A stretch of DNA of 64,000 nucleotides from Takakia lepidozioides (taxonomy: Eukaryota > Plantae > Bryophyta): the NCBI GenBank assembly GCA_030704615.1, contig CM060731.1, forward strand, positions 70,308,001 through 70,372,000, written 5' to 3'. Both the position numbers and the translations under genes were made by a program. This document shows, one piece after another, positions 37,974-49,700 of the stretch; position 1 is the first letter of the stretch; each line of letters opens with the position of its first letter. The notes under the pieces are model-generated. The model worked only from the letters and a program-made list of their open reading frames with translations, was not told the origin of the DNA and searched no databases.

Positions 37974-39459
37974 GACATTAGTACTATTGCAGTGCAATGA
38001 AATGTTTGTTCACATGAATATAGGTATCACGCTCGTTTATGTCTGAAGTCAAGAGTTTGACTGCGACTATTCAAGTAGTGTGTGTCAACCTCTAGCTAGT
38101 CCTTGCTTATAACATGGAAATTGCATTGGCCTTGTACAGCTCAAAGCTTCATTATACCTATTTAGAGCCTGGAGAATGCAGAATGGCTCGCATATGTCTC
38201 TTTCTCATACTGGATATTGAAGATACCAGTTTCTTCTAATAAGCATACATCGTCTACATGCTGGTTTCAGCTGAGAGTCAAGTCTCCTCTCACTACACAG
38301 ATTGCTCCAAAGGAAGAACACATCAATATTTCAACTGATCGCATGCACCCTCTTCAAGCAATCTTTTGACTTATCTTTGGTTGAAAACTATAAAGTACAG
38401 ATCTTTGGGAGTAATATGAAATCCAGAGTCTTTCGCCACCCTCTTGTCGGGAGATGCAATAAATTATGGAACTAGTGAGCAAACAAATGCAACTGCCATA
38501 AATGCTGCACACACAATTATGTTTACCCTGCTGCACAATAACTAACTAAGCGCAACACAGCGGCACACAGGCTTGATAAGTCTCTCAAAATCGTTTTCGA
38601 AAACATATCTGCACTCAAAACAGGTACAGGCGATAATTCATAACTTTCACAGGAGTGGAAATCACCAGGATCGAGTGTAGTACTATAATTCTGCTAAGTT
38701 TAGATATCGTCTACAGAAACAGAGTTCGGCAATGAAAATGATTCATACTTTTGAAAGAGCAAATCTAGCTAGGGAATGACATGTCCAGAATGAAGCAGTT
38801 TGAGCAGTCGCTCCCAGGTTTCCTTTTTTTTTTTTTAAAAGCAGTTTACATTGTTGGCATGATCTCGAGAAAATCTCCCATATGCTCAAGCGAGACCTGT
38901 CAAAGGGTGCAGATTCTGATTCTTAGAAGAAACTACTGCAAGATTCACGGGTGAAGTTTTCCCCCAAAGACTTGTGAATACCCACATGTATCATCGTTGG
39001 GGAGTTCTAACTTTTTACTCCTGATTTGGGCTGTCTAAGTTATCATGCGTTGTTGATTGGCCCACCGCCCATGGCCTCTGAACTTCAAAGAAATAGAAGA
39101 AATAGAAAAGAAGCTTATACACCTACACCCACCAGGGACCAAACGGACAGGACAAAATCTAAAAACATTTTCTGACAGAGAAGGGGTCTGAAGGGAGAAG
39201 CTGCTGAATAGAAAACCTTGGACCCGACAAAGGAGGGTTTTGGTGGCGGGTTGTAATTAGCTAGAAGGCCAGGGCCCAAAGACTTGGAAGCCACTTTAAG
39301 TCTGTACATACTGTTCCTTTGGGTGGGCCCTGCCCTCACAGGAGAAACCCAAGTGTATAACGTAAGCAACCCTAGTCAAGCAACAGTGTGAAAAGAGTGA
39401 TCAAAACCAAGTTGAGATCGTCCTCGATGACACCCATCACCCCAAATCGAGCATGCCTG

Positions 39460-39595
39460 TACACGGCTGCTGGTACGTGTCGCGTTGTTGAGGTCTCTCT
39501 CTCGGCAAGATGACAAGTGTTTTCTTCAAATCGTCGCTGGTTATGCGAGGAATGCCTGCCTGCCACGTTCTACATCTGCTGGATCATATAAGCGA
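39460..39595 (+). promoter_or_regulatory. LEA copy 4 promoter with ABRE
   Basis: TACGTGTC at 39474, GCCACGT at ~39562, TATAAG at ~39587. Confidence 0.5.
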
Positions 39596-39767
39596 TGGTG
39601 TTCTTCACAAACCCATCTTACAGATGTGTAGTTTGCCTCCTTCTTTCAGAGATCTTTGCACAAGCAGGAGTTTCTAGTACGATATCAATTTCTGTTTCCG
39701 TGACAGGATTGTTTAGATCTTGGGTGTGTTCCACTTTCCATCGCAGTCTAGATCAAGCTCAGAAGAG

Positions 39768-40792
39768 ATGAAGGCCGCAAAGCATGCAGTTGTGTCCGCT
39801 AAGGAGAAGGTGAGCAACATGGGTGCCAAGGCGGAGGAGAAGTACGATAAGGGGAAGGCGTCAACCGCTGAGAAGGTATCGTGGGTGCTCTCATCCCCAC
39901 AGTTCCGTGTACTTGTTAGTCGTGTGTGACGGTTGGAAATCTTAGGCCTGCCATGTCCGAATCATGCGAGATTTGTTGTTGTGAATTCATGATTTGTGAT
40001 AGGCTTTCGTATGCTTGCACAAGAGGCGAAGATCATGAATAGAGTGCTCTGTAATACTCTTCGCGCACCGAGTGCCTGCAAACAAGAGTCAAGAGGGTTG
40101 TTTATTGATTGCATGAATGTGCATCATTGGATCAGACGGAGAAGGTAATGGCGCACGACAAGGCAGGCAGGGAAGATGCGCATGATCGGAAGCACATAAG
40201 GGAAGCCGAAGCGGAGGTGATGGCAAACCAGAAGAAGATGGAGAATCGGCATGAGAAGGTGGACACCAAGCAGGATATTGACAACCGCCATGCCACTGCC
40301 AACGCTGCTGCTAAAGATGCCTACAACAATGCTTACAATACTGCTGGCACAGGTACATACTCCTGGATGGATCCAATCCTGAGCCTTGTTCGCTACTTCC
40401 TCGTAACATCCCAGCATACCTTTGGCCAGTCTCGTCTCTCGAATTAATCTCAAATACTTACAGCCTATCCCCTCTCTGAATGAAATCAAGCAGGTGTTAC
40501 TTTCAAATGTTTTCCCATGTTTCGGAAACTCAGGTTCTTGTACGATTTGCTCGGTGATCAACTATATCTCATCTGCATCATTCTCTTCAGGCGTCTATAT
40601 CTCCTGAGCGCTCAAACACTAAAATTCAATTTAGCTTGAAAAGAACTGGTTAAATCTTTAAAGCCCTTCTCCGACTCAGCTGTGACTTACCTTCTCTTTG
40701 ACGACGCAGGTCAGACAAACGGTGCTGTTCAGACCCCCACCGCCCCAACTACAAATGGCGCTCCTAGCACTGATGCTCAAGCGACTACATGA
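39768..40792 (+). CDS. LEA_1 copy 4 (divergent, 3 exons)
   Basis: Exons 39768-39875, 40136-40352, 40710-40792; first intron in the same position as copy 1; third exon GQTNGAVQTPTAPTTNGAPSTDAQATT*. Confidence 0.85.
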
Positions 40793-42155
40793 GTTGGAAA
40801 GTACTGAGTGCTCATTTGATTTACCGATTAATTCTAAATTCCGAGGTGAAACATTCTGCAGAAACAGAGTCTAAGATTCTTTACAAAATATTGCTGAAAT
40901 GGTGTAAATTCTTACTTCTTCCAGAATAGACGGGATAGAGGGGATTGAGATCGTTCAAAGCTTTTGGTGGGGATTGTGTGCATTTGTGGGAAGGACAAGT
41001 TTCAGGTAAATTACAGCAATGGCTCGAAGCTTGTGTGAATGCTTCCAATTGTAACACATCTGAATTTTTTCTAGTTGTACATAGAAACTGCTATGCCTGC
41101 AAACGCCTATACATCTGGACAGACGAAGTTGCGTAGCGCCAACCGTCCAAACAGGCAGTCTTTTGAAATTGATGCTTTGCTGCTTGGAAGATCCGTTACT
41201 ACATGGGATTGGATACTACAATGTGATTAATAAAGAGCTCTATTCACGCTTCAATATCTTTCTCTTTCTCGGGAAAATATACCTATCCAGAAGTGGCATT
41301 GGATTGTAATGTGGAATGCGTTTGTGGAATGTACTAGCTCAATTTGTGCAATCAAAATCTTTGTCGAGAATGCCCCCTTCACACATTCATTAATAGTCGA
41401 AGCCCTAATGACACATACTGAAAAAATCCTCGGAAGTCGTCATTTTCCTGGCAGTGTAACCATACTCGTACTTATCTGCTACAAAAGATTGTGCACCTGC
41501 CTGAAGATGTATTAAGCAGAACTTGGTCAGGTGTCTCAACATCCTCAAATAGCTTGGATAGTGTACCTTGATTTTTGCAAAAAAAATTGGCCAGAGCAGT
41601 ACACAGTACCATCCTTCTCGGCTTATAACACTCATACGCGAGCATGTTGGCTTCAACCAACGAACTCCACCAGCTATTTCTTAAGCTTCCTCTTCTGGAC
41701 TATTTCTTTCAGTACCCACGTCCGCACCATTTACAGCAGCATCTCTCTAAAGCTCGGCACGGCCTCTTCGGTGAAAGACTCGTGACCACTTCCTTTCTCT
41801 CACCCAACTCCGCAAATCTTCAGAACATACCCATGTGCCATCGCCCACAACCTTGCAGGTCCACTTAAGATGTGCCATGCAAACAATCAGACGAGCACTG
41901 AGACGAAAACTGTCGAATATGGACGACAAAGGGTTCAGTCGGTCTTGACTGTTCCGTCATCCGACCGTCCCTCAAGACTAGGGCTTTTCTGCTTGTGCGC
42001 GATCTGTCGAAAGCCCTCTTTGTCTCTATCGGATCTGACCGAGTGCGGTAGAATGGTGGATGGAAGCCCTGGCTGATCACCTGTGATCGAATCGAACCCA
42101 CGGGAAGTCTCGAGGTTATCACCCACGGTGAGCTGGCGTTGCGCTTCAACTCATC

Positions 42156-44598
42156 ATGCCTAGGTCTGTGACTCTTCACCCGCCATTCTTTCTTCCCACT
42201 TTGTGCAAGTTTAAGCTGTGGGATATTGTCTCGTCTCAGTGCGGGTACTGGAAGTAGATGATGAAATGTGGGTCTTTTTTTTCCATGTTTTTGTGTCATC
42301 TTATGTGCCTGTTGGCTCCCCAGCCACATGCCGTAGTGGTTTCGAAGGTATGTATGTTCAACATCAGTGACAAATGCCTCCATGTTTATTCGTCAGCTAG
42401 GTTTAATCTTCCCTCGATCAAAAGTCGAAAGTGCGTCTGATCTGTGTGTCTAGTTTTGAGCGGATAGCAGCAGAGGGGCTGCTGGCACTGTGGTTGGAGT
42501 CACATAGTTGGCCGCACGTTGGTATCTTGGGCTTATACTTTTCTTTTTAGGTTGTCGTGATTGCTACGGTCAAGCTGACAACCAAGGATTTGGCAACCAA
42601 CTAAACTCCGTAAGCTGTTTGTTTCAATTTCTCCTCGGGGGATTGGTAGTTTGGAGCAACTGTTTGTTATGGTGCGGTGAGACTGCTGACTGTTGTGCCT
42701 TTGTTGTGGGTGTGGTGCAGATATTACTGTGATTACTGCGATACCTATTTGACTCACGACTCAGTAAGTAAACCGCTGATAAGAGAGTAGGTGCTCTCTT
42801 TGTTGATGTAGGGGATTCATAATCTTGTGGCAGAGTCATACAACCTCCTTTCATCTGCAATTGGATGGTGGTCATATAATGCCTGAGTGAAGATATGTGC
42901 CTAAGTTGATGAGTAGTTACCAACTGAAGTAGGAATGAGGAAAAAGGTTTATGTGAGGTGATGTGTGGTTTTCAACAGCGAGTTGGCAGTCCCCAAAGAT
43001 TGGATTTCTTAGGTCCCATCCACTTTCAGAATAGGGTATTGATGTTCAGAGAATGATGGCATTTAAGTCAGTAATGGCAGGTACATGTAAAGATGTTTAT
43101 TGATTCACAAGTCGAGTCTGTTGCAAGGTTTTATACTTCACCCACACCACCTGTCCTCATGTGCTTTGTTTGGGTGCAGCCATCAGTGAGGAAACAACAT
43201 AATGCTGGATACAAGCACAAGGTATGTGAGAACCTTGGTGCAACTCCCTTTGACTATTCAGAAGGGTTTTCCCTTCGTAACCTCTCAGAGTTTTACAGCT
43301 GCTGCTGCTTAGCCACATCTTTTTGGATTATTCTTGGTATTATTATTGGGTCCACAACTGAAATTGGCTGGAAGGAAATCATATCCAATGTCATATCTTC
43401 ATTATTATTCCTTCTACTGTCTTATCCAGGCAAATGTGCGGTCATATTACCAACAATTTGAGGAGCAACAGACGCAGAGTCTGATCGATCAGAAGGTGAA
43501 GGAGCATTTGGGGCAGACAGCAGCAGTATTTGCACAGCAACAAGTGGGTGGTGCATTTCACCAACATTTTTCAGCCTTGCACTCTGGGCAGTACAAGCCC
43601 CTTCCCGTGCCTGGGTTGTTACCCTCCAGTCTGCCTGTGCCAGGCGCTGCTCCACCTTTGTTACCCACAATTCGACCCCCTGTTCTTGCCCCTCCACCTG
43701 GAGCTCCTTCAGGTACTTACAAACAGGCACATTGAGCAGTTTTTGTGATGTAAAGAATTCTTTGTTTCTTAGGGGAACAGGCTGGTGCTCTCAGTCCTCG
43801 TATACGGTCTTAATCTCAATCAAACTCACAAGTTTCTGGACTGGAATAGTTTAATGCTAGTTGGGGTTTTGTACCAATCAAAATCTACTTTGTGTTCTAG
43901 AATTTGTTGGATTGTCCTCCAAAAAGGTCAGGTCCTGAGATCTGATTGCCTTATTCACGTATGCTCCTTCTGAGCTTCTGGTTGTTGGTGCAAGCGTCAG
44001 GACCACTGAATCTAGGAGGCCCTGTCTTTTACCAACATACACGCATCGCAATTTTTAAGTCATGGTGATGGGTCGCACTTGTCACTGTATTTAAAACACA
44101 ATGGGTCTATTGACAGGTGGATACAGTGGAACCCCGCCAACCTATAGACCACAAGTTTCCAGCACGGCACCACAGCAGCAGCCTAATGGGCAGGTGAGGC
44201 CACCACTATCATTGACACCACCAGGTGCCCCTGGAGTGCGCATCCCTGCTTCCAGTGCCCCTTCACCTGCTTCCAATGGACCTCTCTCCAGTGGGCCTTC
44301 TGGGGCCTATCAGCAGCAGCGACCACCTGCAACTAGTATGTATAGCACCAGCTATGGTTATGGACCTCCCCCAACCAGTGGATCCACAGGGGGATATTCA
44401 CAACAGAGGCCAAATGGTACCCCTAGCCAAGGACCAAACTATAGCCAGCAGCAGCAGTCGTCTAGAGGACCACCCTCTGGTCCATCTGCTCAGAACAACT
44501 ATAGCTACGGCCAGCCAGGAGCCACTCAAGGAGGGCAGAACATACCAAATTCCTTTGGACCACCACCCCCAGGAGCACCCATTGGTTACAGAAGTTAA
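42156..44598 (+). CDS. U1C: U1 snRNP protein C (U1C)
   Basis: Exons 42156-42163, 42721-42763, 43180-43221, 43430-43712, 44117-44598 give [41 protein letters not shown] (matrin-type zinc finger) and a Pro/Gln-rich tail. Confidence 0.95.
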
Positions 44599-45497
44599 TG
44601 TGAGCACCATTTGTGTGGCCTTCACCCGTAGAGGCTTCTTCAGTCTTCTTTCACATGCTTATATCTTGCTGATAGAGGTTTCCATCTGGCATTGCAAGAG
44701 ATCCAGTCTGTTCTTCTGCATTCAGTTTTGTTAGCAAGAGTAAGCAGTCTGGATTGCTAAACTGAGAACATTCCTTTGGTAGAGGATTCGGGCCCCTTTC
44801 ATCAACAATCAAACAGTAACTTTCTATTGGCTGCTGGAAATAGGATGCCTGGCATCTTAAGAGTAGTGTCAGAAAAGGTGAATATCTGTTCTCTAATGGT
44901 GCAAAATGAAAATCAAGGTGTTGCTGGTCAGTGGTAAGTCTTTCAATCACAATTGGTGATATACAAGTTGATTATTGTGTTGAGTAATGGTAGGTCATGA
45001 CTCCTCATCATGAGGAGAAGGTAAGAGAGCCTTCCATCAGCATCCTCAGGGTTGCAGGTCAGAAGGTTCTGCGTCTGGTGGGTGGACTGCAGCCTCTGGA
45101 ACATTAAGGAGTCTCGGAAGGTCTACAGCTGCCCCACACTTCACTTGGCCGGTTCTGTTCTGTAAGCTCGAGTGGGGGCAGTCTGGAGGAGGATGGTTTT
45201 ACACCTATCTCAGATTTCGGCGAAGTTGCAATGATGACACTTTTGGCAGCTGATGCAGTGTATGCTTATCTTCTGTGAGTAGTGGTCAGTGAGAGGTCCT
45301 CCAAAAGTTGCTAATGACGTCAAATCCTACTCCAGTCATGAAGTTGTTTTCTGGCTTCTTGAAGCAGGAGGTTTTTCGCAAATCATCGGGGTCCCCAGGT
45401 CCAATCTGACACAGCAAATGGGTGTGTAAATTTGCAGCATTTTACACTTGCCAGTGCCCCACCAGTCTGTGCCGAGTCAGTGCTCCTGAGATTGGAC

Positions 45498-45965
45498 CAG
45501 TGTTGTTCTGGTATCAGGCTTAGGACATACCAGACTGGTCTGGTACTAGATGTATCACAAAACTTCTGGTCTATATAATGGTGGATGTGTTTTTTTCCGA
45601 GATACTGGTATGAGTTTTGAGTATCATGACCACAACACCAGCTGGTATGAGATATCAATTCTGGTATCATCCCAAAGCCATCTTTGAATTACAAGTTTAT
45701 CAAATAGCAAGTATCAAGTGAAAACAAATACAATACACATAAAGAGGTAAGCATACATAAGTACAAGTATGTAGGCACATGTGCACATAAATAGTATAGT
45801 ACACATTCCAGGTAAATGAGGAAGACTGTGGGCGGGGCGTTCTGGTATTGTGGCTGGTGTGAAATAACTGAGACCAGGCTGGTCTGGAACATGACCAAGT
45901 ATTCTCCCAAATGACACCAGACTGGTCTGCTATCTATTACCAGTGCATATACTAGTCCAACACTG
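45498..45965. mobile_element. hAT-type MITE
   Basis: Perfect 8-bp TSD GATTGGAC (45490-97 and 45966-73); TIR CAGTGTTG/CAACACTG; subterminal ACCAG/CTGGT repeats. Confidence 0.9.
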
Positions 45966-46789
45966 GATTGGACCCAGAGGGATGCAGAGTGAATGTCAAC
46001 GTGAAATGGTGTGCCTGGTCATGTGCAGCTTGTCAGTCACCCTTCATGCTCAAATCTTTCACAGCACAGCATAATTATACTGTGCTATGTACACCAAATG
46101 TCGGGATTGACGTTGAGTGTTGGTGGATTCTCAAGTTTATCAACAGATCTGCTCAAGTTGGGTCCACAAACGTTCTGTGTGATGTGGATTTGGATACAAA
46201 GGTCGCTTTCCTATAGGCTGGTCACGACTCTGGTAGATATGACCTTTTCCTCATTTCGATTGTCAACTTCAAGATTCAGGTCTACACTTTGTGTTGCAGT
46301 CATTGTTGTGGAGACGATATAGAATTGGTTGGTGGGTAGCTCAGTTGGAGAGAATTCTGAGTGGGTTGGTGGGCCCCTCCCAGCTTCCCAAGAATGGTGT
46401 AGAATCGAAGCAGACATGAACGCATTGCTTTGCGGCGGCCACGTAGAAAAAGATATGAAGCGTGGCAGACGCGGTTAAATTTGAGCTCTTTGTGACTCTG
46501 CTTTGTGCACTTTTTGCTTGGCACTGAAAGGATCCGGTGGACTCGGCGGGGTAGGAGACGGTATATTCTTTGCTCTCTCAAAAAATTTCGACCATGTTGG
46601 CAACATTTCGCAGAACTTCCTGTACAGAGTTCCTGTAAGTTTAGAAGCGAAGTTTTCACCATGTCAAGGCTCTCGCAAGGTGCCAGATGGGGCGAAAATG
46701 CAGTGGGAGAACCGTGATGTGTGCAGCGTGCAGTTCTTGCTGTAGTAGCGGTTCTGCCTGCAGGCAGTGATTACTTGAATTTAGCGGAA

Positions 46790-49700
46790 ATGGTGAGCAT
46801 CAGTTGTCTCTTTGCAACTTAGCCCTCTCTGTACATTATTCTCTTGAGTTTCTAATCGGTGCTTTCTTAGAATCTGTCGCATTGCGCACAAATGTATCCT
46901 TGGTGGAAGGAGTTTGAAAACTAGTCCGGAAATTTCTCAAGGTAGAATGGCAACTTGTGTCGAGCTGGCATGGAATGGTCTGTCTCTCAACCTTGTCTAT
47001 GAGCGAAAGAATCTAGCGCGAAGCTTTCTCGCTTCACGTCACACATTCTTTTGAATTCACTGTGAATTTCTTTACATGTCCTGACCTGTTACTAGAAAGT
47101 ACTCTCCGAGTTTGTCATGGTACCCTTCATAATTCCAGTCAGTATTATTCTTAGGATATTAGTAGCGACAGATACACTGGCATATGACACTCTTACACAT
47201 CATATTGCAGCTTTTCAGTAACTACCTTGTAGAATTCAAATATACTCCTCTGATTGCTTGGATAAACCTCGGGTGGTGGTTGTGAAAGCAACGGATATTG
47301 ATTTGGTCAGCCAGCTTAGCCCCTGCTACAAATCCACGATGACCGGGGTCATACTGTCTTGGACCACGTCATTGTAAAGTGAAGGATGTGCTGCTTATTA
47401 GTATGTAAAAGATGGGAGGAGACTCTCTAAGAAAAGAGGTGAATTTTGAGAGGCTTTGTATGAGTGTAGTTTCCTGGTCCACCATCCAACATACTTTTGG
47501 TGTCTTCCAGATAGTTTCAGGTCTCCAATGTAGTGACCAGCTTGTATACTGCCATGGTAACCTGTGCCTCACTAAAGTGTGTGAAGAATGCGGGTTGTAA
47601 AGAGGCCTGTCTGTATTCAATCCTGTCATCGCAAGGGATCTGCTCTATTACTCTCTATGTAGGTCCAGCTGTGCTGAATTGGAGATAGCGGTGTCTTTTG
47701 TGTTGTTTAACTTTCATCACTGATATTCCGCCTTACAGGAGACATCATCTCCTAGCCCGTATATCAGTGTGACTGGAGTGCTACAGAAGGCACCTGTTCT
47801 GTCAGGATGCAAGCAATACCATGGGTTCGAGGGGGCTGTCCCTTCACGGCAACCTCTGGTACAAAACTGTTGGGCCTCCCACTTAAGGACTTCTTTCCTG
47901 GGCGAAAGGTATGTACGTGTTGTTGCTTTGAGACAATTTTAAGAGTTCTTCAAGAGAGCTGAAGTTCTTTGCTCATGTATTTGTGTGGTCAATTAAGCAT
48001 ACAGACTATTATTTTGTTATGCAGGAACTTGCAGCTGCAGAAACATGGACATTGCCAGAGACGAAACAGACATTGTTTTATTTTCCTTATTGCTGCTGCT
48101 CATGAGGTCAGTTGCAAGAGGAATGGTTGACTTCAATTATTCCGTATAGTTTTGCCCACTCCCTTTGTGTGTTTGTTCCTATCTGAACGAAGCTCACTTT
48201 TACAGGGTGAGTGCACAGACATTCTTAACAGCCAAGCAGTCTCTCAGCATTGTCGAATCCCAGACGATGTCAAGGCTCTCAGAGCTGCCCTGGCAGCAGC
48301 TGAGTCCAGAGCCCTTGCTGCAGAAAGGGACACGGAGGAGGCAACGGAAGCCTTGGCAGTCCAAATACAGGCAAGTGAGAAAAGGTTTGAAGCATTGGAA
48401 AGATCTTTAGCAGCTGCAGCAGCTGAAGCAGATGCATGGAAGAGCCGTGCACTGACTGTTGAGGACCTTCTGATGGAGGTGAACAAAAGTGATGTTGAAG
48501 TCATCGACAATGGGGGAACTATGGAGGAGATACCGAGTAGGGGGCGAATGGAGACACTCTTGGAACATGTCTCTAGGAAGTGGGACCTCCTAGCAAATGG
48601 TCCAAGAAGGGAAACTCCAGAGTGGATGCAACATCGCATTGCTGTGGGACTGCAAGGGCTTGCACCAAGAAAGCCAATGCCAATCACAGAGACTGTCGAA
48701 GCTGCAGTGCCTTTAGAATTACCCACCCCTGAAGAAGTTTGGTCCATAGCCGATGCAAAGGTTAAGGATGACACCTACACTGTGCAAGCAGCTGAGAAGC
48801 AGGCCCTTGATTTACAGAGGAAGGTCTTAGAACGCACTCTTCAGCGGAAGACTATCAAGAAACAGGTGAAAGATCCAGAAGAGTCAGAAGGAAAATTTGG
48901 TGAGTTTTCCCCTATTCCACAGAGCTTCTGAGTCTTTGCAGACTAACAAGATCATGAGCTATGGTCAATTTGCATTTTTCCACTTTCACCAGTGGTAAAA
49001 TATGGTCACCCTTGCTTTTGGAGGTAATTCTCTGCTATGATTCAGTCAGTAGCTTGCTGCTACCTTTCAGGATCTGGTCTGAGGGTGCATAATGGGTTTC
49101 CTTTTGCAGCATCTGGCACAGGAACAGGTCGTGAAATTGTGGTAGGTACTCTCTGCCATCATCAAATATGTCAGATATCCCCTTGACACAAAAGATTGTC
49201 CAGAAGAATATACATGAAAAACAAGTAAGTGAGCATGAGTGGTGGGAAAGGAGACGCACATACCATGTTTGAAGTATGATCACTTTCACGCAACCAAGGG
49301 GCCACCCTCTAAGCTTTGCATGTACACTTGATTCAAGGTTTTGTACACATACCCTGACAAAGCTCATTTCTGTTGTTTCAGGCAAGTTACTTAGCGATGT
49401 ATTGGAAAATGAAACTATGCATCTCAACAGTAGACGATCATACAATGAATGCCGCCAAGCATGTGTTAAGACTCGAAAACCTCCACTGTGTTGGAGGGTT
49501 TTCAACCATCTAAAGGCTGTTGGAAGCAACGGCCAAACTTTAAATAGAATCCTGCGTGGCATACAATGTAGGCCCACCATGTCTGGAAGTCCTATCCTTT
49601 AAATAGCCATGATGTAGTCGGGTGGCCACTTACCACTTGCGCAACATTTGCATTACACTCTAATAGAAACCTCAATTGTTACCACATCTGCCTTTCTCTG

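Noticed and set aside
41300-41900. Harbinger transposase remnant upstream of U1C
   Set aside because: Only faint similarity (MLAY, YLR); too weak to call.
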